Source: Azolla caroliniana
Taxonomy: Eukaryota; Plantae; Polypodiophyta
NCBI GenBank assembly: GCA_043228905.1
Contig: JBHGNT010000005.1
Coordinates: 5,084,001 to 5,148,000, forward strand
DNA length: 64,000 nucleotides
Direction of reading: 5' to 3'
The position numbers and the translations under genes were made by a program. Positions 1 through 10,597 of this stretch are shown here, piece after piece. The first letter of the stretch is position 1; each line of letters begins with the position of its first letter. The notes under the pieces were generated by a model that was not told the origin of the DNA, did no database searches, and was given only the letters and a program-made list of their open reading frames with translations.

Positions 1-41
1 CTAGAGGCAGACGTCCCATCTTTGTCCACCATTTCCGAGAA
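1..41 (-). CDS. FREE1: FREE1 coding exon 4, partial (FSEMVDKDGTSAS...), continues beyond the window; the FYVE domain is not in view
   Basis: Acceptor ttgtAG at 43-42, open frame to the window edge. Confidence 0.7.
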
Positions 42-131
42 CTACAAGTATCAAATTAAAAGAGCATTAATCCTAAGTTCAGATTGAGAAATTAAAGAGT
101 CTAGATAGATATCCAGATGATCTAAACAAAC

Positions 132-263
132 CTGCACGCAAGCTGCAGTTAAGGTGTCTAAAATGGCATTGGTAGTATAACTTCCAGACTTTAGTCTTAT
201 TCTTCTTGGCTCGATATCAACAGCACTCTTTGCCCAGAAAGTGAAGATCGATGGTTCATTTAT
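132..263 (-). CDS. FREE1: FREE1 coding exon 3 (INEPSIFTFWAKSAVDIEPRRIRLKSGSYTTNAILDTLTAACVQ)
   Basis: Acceptor cccAG at 265-264, donor CAG|GTTTGT at 132/131; 132 nt in frame; FW.KS.VD.EPRRIRL.S.SYTTN..LDT motif. Confidence 0.9.
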
Positions 264-415
264 CTGGGCCAAAATTTCTCAAAATGAATGACGTAATCAT
301 GAAACGCTTATTTTATCTTCTGAATAAAACTATGGTAGTGTTTATACTTGAAAACTTCGTAGTATATCAACAAAAAAATAAAACTCAACAGGTCAAATTT
401 GAAAACCGGCCTTAC

Positions 416-502
416 CTCCCATCTTGTAATATTCTCCAATGGATAGATACGGACAGTTTTGTTTGTACTTGGGGAAATCATTCGTACCCCATCCAAACCA
501 AT
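416..502 (-). CDS. FREE1: FREE1 coding exon 2 (IGLDGVRMISPSTNKTVRIYPLENITRWE, PH-like domain)
   Basis: Acceptor tctcgtAG at 504-503, donor GAG|GTAAGG at 416/415; 87 nt in frame; motif IGLDG.RM..PST..T.RIYPLENITR as in FREE1. Confidence 0.9.
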
Positions 503-704
503 CTACGAGATTACATTACCATGAAATGCATTACACATTTTTCAAAGTTTAAGTACATATAATAAAAGTTCAGGATTCATCCTTGCAGTGACATCATTTG
601 TACCCCATCCAAATCAATCTACAAGTTTATATTACCATGACATACATTATACATTTTGCAAAGTTTAAGTACATAATAAAAGATCAGGTTCATCCTTGGA
701 CATC

Positions 705-705
<1 letters not shown>
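477..705. repeat. Diverged ~116-bp tandem duplication covering the FREE1 intron 1 acceptor and the first ~25 nt of exon 2
   Basis: atcattcgtaccccatccaaaccaatctac...gacatca (477-596) is repeated as atcatttgtaccccatccaaatcaatctac...gacatca (593-705). Confidence 0.9.

Positions 706-707
<2 letters not shown>

Positions 708-739
<32 letters not shown>
708..739. repeat. (AT)n microsatellite in FREE1 intron 1
   Basis: Direct inspection. Confidence 0.95.
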
Positions 740-742
<3 letters not shown>

Positions 743-830
743 TAAATCCTTATACATCATAATTATTGGATTATATGATTAATTTTAAACAAATCAAAAC
801 ACATTAAATGATATGATTTATAATACTTAC

Positions 831-1943
831 TTGACATAGGACATCTTGAGAGATATTCCCTGATCCATAATCTGAAAGAAGAGTCACGCGATACTTCTGC
901 ACCCCGCCATTTCTGTCTTCATCATCAACCTTTGGAACTGCCCTTGGGAGCTTTGGTTCTCCATAAGAAGAACTATAACTGCCACTCAAAGAAGACTTAA
1001 AACTATCCCTGTTTCCCCACTGATTGCTCCCAGTACCTCTCGCACCATAAGGCTCCGAATTCCCACCACTATATGCATAGATGTCACCTAGACCAAGATC
1101 ATCATCATCAACATAACCACTCTTGTAATGCCTATCGGGTAAGGTGGGCTTCTCTTGATAACTTGATTCATATCTCAGAGGCTGAGTATATGAAGGTCTT
1201 TCAAAATCTCTACCCGGTGGAGGACCAGAGTATACCCGGCCTTGGTCATAAACACTCATTTGCCCTTGTGGAACTCCATAGTTATTGAAATCGTAACCTT
1301 GCAAACTTGCTCCATAAGATTGGGAAGAATCATACGATTGCTGCTTCTCGCCATATCTAGCAATCGATTGATCAAAAGCCACCGGCTGTTGCTTCTCTCC
1401 ATATTGAGATTTAGAAGGATCGAACCCCATTTGTTGATTATTATTATTATCAAAAACATGTGGGTTATGATCAAATACCTGTTGATTTGTTGCATAAGAT
1501 GGCATCAACGATGATGACAGTTGATCATAAGACGGTTGAGGAGCAACAGGGTATGCTGATCCCGAACTTGATGGACCATAATTCAGTAGTTGTGATGATG
1601 TGGGAGCAGAATGATGATGTGGAGGATTCTGATAGGTTTGTTCATAAGGAGAGGAACTTACTGGCGGTACATATGACCCTTGAGGTGGAGGAGTCGAATA
1701 TGGAATTTGTGATGAAATGTTTAATGAAGCCATTGATTCGCTCAATGATGATGATTGAGGCACTGGTGGCATGCCGTAGGCAGGCACAGAGTAAGAAGGG
1801 AGTAGTGTTTGATTAGATGAGCCACTCTCTGCATAATAGGGGGGCACAGAGACATATGATGAAGTAGCATAAGGCGGCATCACATCGGGTGATGGCGCTG
1901 TTGCATATAGACTTGTTTGCTGTTGTGGCGATTGTTGATACAT
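831..1943 (-). CDS. FREE1: FREE1/FYVE1-like ESCRT component, coding exon 1 (Pro/Tyr/Ser/Gln-rich disordered N-terminus)
   Basis: ATG at 1943; low-complexity PYSQ region ending in EPYGARG...PKLPRAVPK...GGVQKYRVTLL...DVLCQ, which matches the plant FREE1 N-terminus; donor CAA|GTAAGT at 831/830, phase 0. Confidence 0.9.
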
Positions 1944-2228
1944 CTTCTTATTTCTTATCTCTTCCTTTTGATCTGGGGCAGGGGAATAAAAAAAAACTGT
2001 TCAGAGGCAGTGCTGAACGACTAATTCAATTGTTCGATCTTCTTCTCTCCTTGAAAACCTAAAAAGCCCTGTTTGAAAACTGCTTGTGCTTCTTGTCTAA
2101 GTATGAGCAAAAAAAATTACCCTTCCCTGTGTCAACCCTAATCCTTTATGCAGAGAGAAAGAGAGATAGATAGATAGATCTTTTCTTCTGCAAATCCTGA
2201 TCTTGCAGGGAGAGAGACTTCTCTGTGC

Positions 2229-2237
2229 AAACCCTAA
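2229..2237 (+). promoter_or_regulatory. Telo-box (AAACCCTAA) in the FREE1 5' region
   Basis: Exact motif ~290 bp upstream of the ATG, with a near copy at ~2134; function not demonstrated. Confidence 0.4.
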
Positions 2238-2358
2238 TCCTAGAGAGAGATTAAAGGTCTTCCTAGTCACGGCAAACACTCCGAAGGGATTCTTTGTCTT
2301 TGATAAATTGATAAATAGAAGAAGAAACGCAAACAGAAAGAGACCCCCATCTAATGAC

Positions 2359-2599
2359 ATGTATGTGTGTATGCATGCCATGTGTGTATGTATGTTACAT
2401 GTATGTATGTATGTATATGTACATGTATGTGTGTATGTATGTTACATGTATGTATGTATGTATATGTACATGTATGTGTGTATGTATGTTACATGTATGT
2501 ATGTATGTATATGTACATGTATGTATGTATGTATGTATGTATGTATGTGTGTGTGTGTCTGTGTGTATGTACGTATGTACATACATACGTACGTATGTA

Positions 2600-2642
<43 letters not shown>

Positions 2643-2660
2643 ATGTGCTTGTGCATGCAC
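2359..2660. repeat. Compound (GTAT)n/(GT)n microsatellite with a 47-bp higher-order unit x3
   Basis: Unit tgtgtgtatgtatgttacatgtatgtatgtatgtatatgtacatgta at 2381, 2428 and 2475, followed by GT runs. Confidence 0.9.
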
Positions 2661-3463
2661 TATAGAAGTCTCTCCTTTTCATCACCTCCCATTGTCCCAA
2701 ATGCATTGATGTCAACCTTTCTTGGGCACAATTTCTAACATCTTCTCTTGTTTTTTTTTCCTAGAAAATATCCTTTCATTAGTTATAAACATCTATTAGC
2801 ACCATTTGGGTCTTGCATTTTGGGCATTCTTCCAATACACAATAAATTCAAGGTGGTGCAACATTGCAACATCTGTCTCACATTTAATTTCCTCATACCA
2901 CCTTTTCAAGGTATGCACCATCTGCATCCAGACATTTTGTACACTTTCCACTGGATGAACAGTAGTATTACCAAACACCTTAGAACACCTAGCAGTCCAA
3001 ATAAACCACATTGTGGCGGTGCATAGCAGCTCCCATACTTCTTGCATTGCCTTTAACATATAAGGAGGTTCCATATGACTTCGTTGCACCACCGTTATCC
3101 TTCCTCTTTGAATTCTAATAATCATGTCATTTGGACATGCTGCATATGGCCACATCATTTGTGCCACTATAGCCCATACTACCATACCCCACGAAAAATT
3201 GTCATCCCTAAACATAAAGACTAGAATTTGAAGCACTCGTCTCCAAACTTGTTGTGCAACATGACATTCCCGCAATCAATGTTTCAATGTCTCCATCTGG
3301 CAACTACAATAGATGCATGCGGTCGGTCCAACTGATTGTTGCAACCATTGGCCAACTAGTAATGCTCTATGTATTACTAGCCATTGGTAGATATTTATGT
3401 TCATATCTTGCTTCCTTTTCCATAATGTCCTCCAAAACTTTGCTAGGAATTCGGATGTGACCC

Positions 3464-6400
3464 TGCAAGCGTAAGTGTTTGCGGAAACGTAAAACAGAGA
3501 ACAACACACACACACACACACACACACAGAGCAAGAGAGACAGAGAGAGCAGAACACAATTTCAAAATTATATCAAGACTCTGTATACACACTGTGCTAA
3601 GTAGCACTATTTATACAAGTCCTCTTGGGACTAACAGAAGTACCATGTACTTCAATGCTCACACGAGCATTTGACACTTACTACGAGACTATAGCTACCT
3701 AGTAGTGTATCCTATACTAGGCTTCCAATTGGACTTCCGGTTACGGATTGCACCCGGCCTCCATTGCTTGTCGGTTCGGTTGCTCACCGTCATACCGATC
3801 CGTTTCGCCCGATCCGTCTCGCTTACCGGCTCCAGCTTATTCAGCCGATCCGGCTCCGGTTGAGCTTGCCGCTCAACACTCCCCCTCAAGCTCAACCTGA
3901 GGTGGGGTCGTAGTGTCGACCTATGTGGCAGTCGGTTCTTCCAACCGACTTCTCTTGGCGTCACTCCGCCTTGCTCGCGCTCCTCGTCCGGTTCGGTCCC
4001 GTTTGCCGCGACCCCTTTGGTTCTGCGCGCCTCGACCCTCTCGGTTGGCATGTCTGCTCAATAGGCCCATCTCAGCACTCACGTTGCTGTGACTCCGACG
4101 CTTGCCGATCCGTCGGTTCTCCCACGATGGCATCGACTTTCGCTGTGTCCGTGTCCCCTTGGCCTTCAGTCGATCCGACTCATCCGGATCCATCTGTTGA
4201 TCTGAGTCAGCTGTCTCCGACTCGTTCTAGCTCTTGTCCGAATCGGTACACTCCGATTCGACTTCCGGCTTCAAGCCTCTCACCACATCGGACCACTTCC
4301 GAGTCTTGGCCTTCTCCATGCTTCCCTCGGCTTCTTCAGCCGATGAACCGAAATCGAATTCTTCATTCGACTCTGTATCATGGTCAGTACCGTCGTGATG
4401 ACCTCCGCACAGCATGCACTTCTCTTCCTGAGTGCACAACTCTTCTTCACAGCCGCTTGCTCCGACCTGTTCGGATGTGTCGACTTCCTTCATCGACTCG
4501 GCTTCCTTCATCTTCTTGTCTCCTCTTCTTCCGACTCTCCTCTTACCGACGGGTTCAACAGTTTTTTGGCCTTTGCCCGTTTCGATAGAGACTTTGCCCT
4601 TGCTTCTCCCCCTCAAGTGCGGCACATCGAGATGCTGAATACCAAGCATGTCGGTAAAGTGCTGCAACTTGTCCGATCCTAGCGGCTTGGTGAAGATGTC
4701 GGCAACTTGCCGATCCGTATGAACATACCGTAGGTCAACTTCACCGCTCAGGACCCGCTCACGCACGAAGTGGTAGTGCACCTTGATGTGCTTTGTGCGA
4801 GCATGGAACACAGGGTTCTTGGCGAGCTGCAGGCTGCTCATGTTATCGCAGTAAATCGGGATCGGGGTTGGTACCTCGATTCGCAAGTCTCGCAGCAGTC
4901 GCCGAAGCCAGATGGCTTCACAAGTGGCAACGGTAGCGGCCCGGTACTCAGCCTCAGTGATTGACAAAGCCACTGTGGGCTGCTTCTTGCTGCTCCATGC
5001 AACGGCCGCGCTACCTATGGAGAACATGTATCCGGAAGTGGAGCGGCGATCAGACGCATCGCCGGCCCAGTCAGCATCTGTGTAACCAACAAGCTCTTCG
5101 GGTATACCTCGCCGGTATAGCAGTCCCCGGTCCTTAGTGCCGCTGACATACCGTAATATTCGTTACGCGCATTGAAGGTGCTCCACGATCGGCTTCTGCA
5201 TGAACTGGCTTACCATGCCGACCGGATAGTTGATGTCGGGTCGGGTGATGATGGTTAAGTAGATCAGGCTTCCGACAACCTGTCGGAACCGTTTCTCATT
5301 GCAGGCCGGTCCAGAGTTGGGACGGAGCTTCTGGTTACGGTCCAGGGGTGTGGAGACAGGTCGGCAATCCGTCATGCCGAACTTATACAACATATTCAAC
5401 ACGTAATGTCGTTGTGAGAGCAATATGCCGTCGGGGGTCCGGATCACTTCGATCCCAAGAAAATAATGAAGGTCCCCCAGGTCCTTCATTTCGAATGCGT
5501 CCGACAACTGGGACTTTACGCGGTTGATTTCGGGAAGACCCGGTCCGGTGATGACTAAATCATCCACATACAAGAGTATACATACCGGACCGTCAGAGCC
5601 TTGCCGGATGAACAACGAAGAGTCCGACTTAGAGACAACAAACCCCAGCTTATGCAACCGGTGCGTGATCTTCGCGTTCCAAGCTCGGGGGGCTTGCTTC
5701 AAGCCGTAAAGCGACTTCTTCAGTCGGCATACCGCCGACTTGTTCATCTCTGAGTGAAATCCGGGGGGCTGAGTCATAAAGACTTCTTCTTCAAGCTCTC
5801 CTTGAAGGAAGGCGTTCTTCACATCCATTTGGTGAAGATGCCACCCCCTTGCCGCAGCAACCGCCAGTATCACACGAACCGTCGTCATCTTCGCCACAGG
5901 AGCGAAGGTCTCGTCGTAGTCGATTCCGTGGGTCTGCGCGTATCCCTTCGCCACTAACCGGGCTTTGTACCGGTTAATAGAACCGTCGGCGTTGTACTTG
6001 ACCTTGTACACCCACTTGCATCCGATCAGTTTACACTGACGGGGAGGATCAACTAGGTCCCAAGTTTCGTTGGCATCGAGTGCCCGCATTTCTTCGTCCA
6101 TAGCGGCACGCCAATTTGCGTCCTTTGCCGCTTCTGCGTAGCTCTTCGGCTCACACACTTCTGTCACCTTAGTCATGTACGCATAATGATGCGCCATGTA
6201 TTCATTGTACCCGTACCGCATGACGGGATCCTTCTGGCGGGTTGATTGGCGCAACGCACCGTCACCTGATTTGAGGCCCTTCTTGGCCAGTTCGGTCTTC
6301 GTTGCCGAAGATCTGCCTTTCTCCTTTCCGGAGTCGGATACGCACTGATTCGACTCATCGTTGCCGGTTTCGAATTCCGGCATCTTCCTCTTCCCTTTCT

Positions 6401-9005
6401 CTTTGCGCGTGAACCGTTTCCTCGGTTCCTTGCGCGGGGAGAGCACGGCAGAGTCTCCACTACTTGCCGTCTCTTCATCCGACTGGTCCAACCGACTCAG
6501 ACGCTCGTTCGGTCCACTCAACCGAAACGATTCCGGACTCTCATCTTGAGTCCTGGCTTCATCATCCTCTGCCAGGGCTGATTCAGGCGCACTGGCCTGA
6601 TCTTCCGGCATTGGGTCGAGATCGGAAGTCGGAGTCGGTAGGGAGTACCAGGATGCCGATTCGTCGAACTCGACATCCCGGCTAACTCAGACTTCCTTCG
6701 TCCGGGGGTTATAGCACTTATACCCCTTTTGCTCTTGAGCATAGCCGACTAGAATGCATTTTTCCGATTTTGCATCCAGCTTTCTCCGCTTCTGATCCGG
6801 CACATGCACATACGCTATGCTGCCGAATATCCGAAGGTGTCTTAAGTTCGGCTTGCGCCCGAAATACAGCTCATGAGCTGACACCTTGTCACCAATGCGG
6901 TTTTGTATGTAGACGGCCGTCTGGACCGCCTCCGCCCAGTAGAACCGGGGCATGCTCTTCTCCTCCAGCATTGTCCTTGCCGCTTCGACGAGTGTCCGGT
7001 TCTTCCTTTCGGCCACACCGTTTTGCTCAGGTGTGTATCTACAGCTGAACTCTCGCCGAATTCCCTTCTGCTGCAGATAACTAGTGAATTGGCCGGAAAA
7101 ATATTCCTTTCCGCCATCCGACCGAAGGCATTTGATCTTCCTCTCCGATTTCCGTTCCACCATCTTCTGGAGGCTCCGGAAACAGTCGAAGACTTCGCTC
7201 TTCCGCTCAATGAGGTAGATCCAAGTATGTCGAGTATAGTCGTCGATGAAGGAGACGAAGTACCGACTCCCGCCAAGGCTTACACTTTGTGTCGGTCCCC
7301 ACACATCCGAATGGATGAGATCGAGCTTGTTACGGCTCCGGTTCCGTTCGGTGGGGAATGGAAGCGATGTTGCTTCCCAAGTTGGCAGGCTTCACAAATT
7401 TCGGCTCTCCGGCCGCTGAACTTCGGCAAACCGAAAACGACTTGTTTCGTTTGCAGATCTTGAAGCCTCTGGTAGTTGACGTGGCCTATCCGCTTGTGCC
7501 ACAGGTCGATGTCCGACTCGACCTTCTGTCGTTTCGCGAACAGAGCGGTGCCAAAGTCATTGGTGTCGAGGATAAACATCCTCCCGTCTCTGCGCCCTTG
7601 CGCAATGACTTTGCCCTCATCCTCAATCTGACCGACAGACACCAAGTTCTTCGTGATCGTCGGAACGTGTAATACGTTCATCAGCTTCCCTTTCTGTCCG
7701 ACGTGGCTTAGAGGGACTTCTCCGACGTGCACAATTAGGTGAGGAGTGTCGTCTCCGGTTTCGACTACTCCTGGTTGATCCGGTTTCTCCAGAAAGGAGA
7801 ACCACTCTTTGTGGCTCGTCATGTGGTTCGACGCGCCGGAATCAACATACCACACTTCCTCCATTTTGGAAGTGGTCTTCTTCATTGAGTTTGCCTTGTG
7901 ATTCATCACCAAGACTAGCCCCTTACCGGCCTTTCCGGTTCCGGATCCTTTTGATCCGTTTGCGTAGTGCGAGTTTTGCCGGCCATCCTTACCGGTCTTG
8001 CCGGATCCGGATTTGTCCGAATCGGCACGCTTTCTCCAACACTCGCTTTCCCTGTGGCCTTTTTTGCCATAGTACCAGCATTCCGTAGCGGATTTGTCTT
8101 GCCGGCCTCCGGCACCGCCTTGACTCCCCCTGCTTGTGGAAGTCCCGGAACTGCTGTCGACACGTTCATAGTGCTTCCATTCCTGCTCTTGCCGGCCGCC
8201 TCCATTGCGTGCCGACCCACCTCTTCCACCACGCCCACGGAACCGATCCGTTCCCGTGTACAACATTCGGTTGTCCAGGGATGCACTGGTAGATGCACTG
8301 GCGTGGTTCTCCTCTACAAGGAGCATCGACTGTAAGTTGAAGAATGAGGGGGTATTCTCCCTTGTACACACCGCAGTCCGGAACGCTCCGAACTTGGACG
8401 CCAGGCCTCCGAGACATACCTGCACCATCTCGTCTTCCTCTATGGTAACATTGATAGAGGCTAGCGAGTCGCAGATCTCCTTTATCCGACCCGTGTAGTC
8501 TGCCACAGACATGTTCTTCTGTCGAACATTGCTCAACTCCTGTCTGAGTTGCAGCTTCCGGGCAGTGGTGCTTGCGGCAAAAACCTTTTTCAGGTTCCCC
8601 CAAGCATCCTTCAGTGTCTTGGCGTCACGGATGTGGCTGAGCAGCTGATCGCCGACACTGGGCGCGAAGCAGTACATCACCTTGCTTGCCGCTTGTTCCC
8701 ATACCGGGAAGTCCTTGTGTGCCGAGTCTAGCGCCGCATCATTTGCTCCTTCGACATAACTCCAGTACCCGTGTCCAAGCAGGTACTGGTGCATCTTGTA
8801 AGACCAGGATGCATAGTTGCTCCTGTCGAGCTTCTCCACCGGGAGCGACGTAGCCATGCCTCTATCCATGTCTTCTACTGTGTCTGTTCTCAACCTGTTA
8901 GGGTTTTCTTCTCAAGAGTAAATGTCTGCAGCAGAGGTTCTCAACCCTCACGCTCTGATACCATGCAAGCGTAAGTGTTTGCGGAAACGTAAAACAGAGA
9001 ACAAC

Positions 9006-9046
<41 letters not shown>

Positions 9047-9384
9047 CAGAGAGAGCAGAACACAATTTCAAAATTATATCAAGACTCTGTATACACACTG
9101 TGCTAAGTAGCACTATTTATACAAGTCCTCTTGGGACTAACAGAAGTACCATGTACTTCAATGCTCACACGAGCATTTGACACTTACTACGAGACTATAG
9201 CTACCTAGTAGTCTATCCTATACTAGGCTTCCGATTGGACTTCCGGTTACGGATTGCACCCGGCCTCCACTGCTTGCCGGTTCGGTTGCTCACCGTCATA
9301 CCGATCCGTTTCGCCTGATCCGTCTCGCTTACCGGCTCCGGCTTATTCAGCCGATCCGGCTCCGGTTGAGCTTGCCGCTCAACA
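3464..9384 (-). mobile_element. Full-length Ty1/copia LTR retrotransposon (Copia-1) inserted in the LINE
   Basis: LTRs 3464-3878 and 8964-9384 (TG...CA), TSD GACCC/GACCC, PBS TGGTATCAGAGC (tRNA-iMet) 8952-8963, PPT TTGAGGGGGAG at ~3879-3889. Confidence 0.97.
4227..8893 (-). pseudogene. Copia-1 gag-PR-IN-RT-RH polyprotein, disrupted by a frameshift (~7360) and stops (6687, 5163)
   Basis: WYVDSGASNHM (PR), LWHKRIGH...CEACQLGKQ, PEQNGVAERKNRT (IN), QMDVKNAFL, LYVDDL (RT), RTKHI (RH); zinc knuckle damaged (CWYYGKKGH). Confidence 0.95.
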
Positions 9385-9548
9385 GACCCCTTGATGGGTC
9401 CAAAATTGACTAGCCCATGGTGTAGTTCTCCGTTGAGCTGCCAAAATGTGTCATCCAATCTTAACTGAGTACTGAAAAAAACCACACCTTTTCTCCGCAC
9501 AATCAAACAGATCTTTCCACCAAAATTCTCCTGATCCCATTGCAACCT

Positions 9549-10597
9549 TGTTATGTACACATAACGTTGGTGAGGGTAGGTCACCAATATTTACATTAGT
9601 GAAGGGTATGTTCACTAATGTTAAAAAGGGGACTAATGATTGGATAGAAGGAATGATAAATGCATGCACTATCATGATTTGGAAAACCAATGAATGGAGA
9701 GCCTTTTAGAAAGGCACATCTATTCAAGGGGCCTAGGAAAAGGTATAAATATGACAGGAACTGCACGCTCCGTATACGCAACGCTCGGCCACAACCGAGC
9801 TTAGAATCATACACAGAAAACGGGAGATAAATGCACGACACAGTGAAGAGAAGAGTACACAGGATGTTTACGTGGAAAACCCAAACTAGGGAAAAAACCA
9901 CGGCAGCCTATAGGTTGCAAACTATCACTATGTTAGAATGTACAACAATGAGTTCACGGAGGCAACGACCTCGTGCTCACGATCTTCGCCACAGGCGGCG
10001 GTTTCAACAGAGGCAACGACCTCGTTCTCTCTCTCTCTCTCTCTCTGTACACAGTTACATGCTCTCTCTCTTCTTGCACCAACAAGAATAACAACCCATC
10101 TAAAAGTTTGCCCTAAGTCATATTTATACTAATATGACTTTTCGGCTATTTACAGATATAGCCATGATGGACTCTCAGAAACATATTTACGAATATGTCT
10201 CTTCATCCGGTTCTCACTCCTCACCGGGTCTGCACCATCCGGCTCTCCGTAGCCGGGTACTCGTCATCCGGTTCCGGGCATTGTTCTTCTCCCTTCCCAT
10301 CCGGAGGGACCTGTCTTCCAACAAAACATGAGGCTTCGCTACCCTCATAATCACATTACGTCGGAAGGTTGCTATCTTAGACACCGGTGGTGCGGGCTAG
10401 GCTTTCGTCTCGACGATTTGTTTATCTCTTCTAAGGTATTAGTCATCCTAATATCCGGCAGTATGGGACGTCGGTGGTAGGTTGGCTATGTTTAGATCAT
10501 AGCTCAGGGGTGGTCAGGTGGAACGGGTTCTTCTATCCATTCGATTTTCCTTCTTTTACTTTAGTTTGGTCTATTGATTAGTAATAGACTCTTAACA
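9549..10597 (+). mobile_element. Solo LTR (~470 bp net) inserted in the LINE and itself interrupted
   Basis: TGTTA...TAACA inverted termini, perfect TSD AACCT (9544-9548, 10598-10602), TATAAA at 9744; the LINE frame is restored when it is removed. Confidence 0.85.
9752..10323 (-). mobile_element. Solo LTR of the Tnt1/Tork-like copia family (same family as 38569-39386)
   Basis: TG...CA, TSD AAATA/AAACA, strong similarity to the LTR at 38569. Confidence 0.9.

Noticed and set aside
2203-2738. Several overlapping Cys/Val/Met/Tyr- or His/Thr-rich ORFs
   Set aside because: These are translations of the GT/GTAT microsatellite, not genes
9619-10597. Alternative start (TGTTAA at 9619) for the outer solo LTR
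   Set aside because: No matching TSD; the 9549 start gives a perfect AACCT duplication and restores the LINE frame
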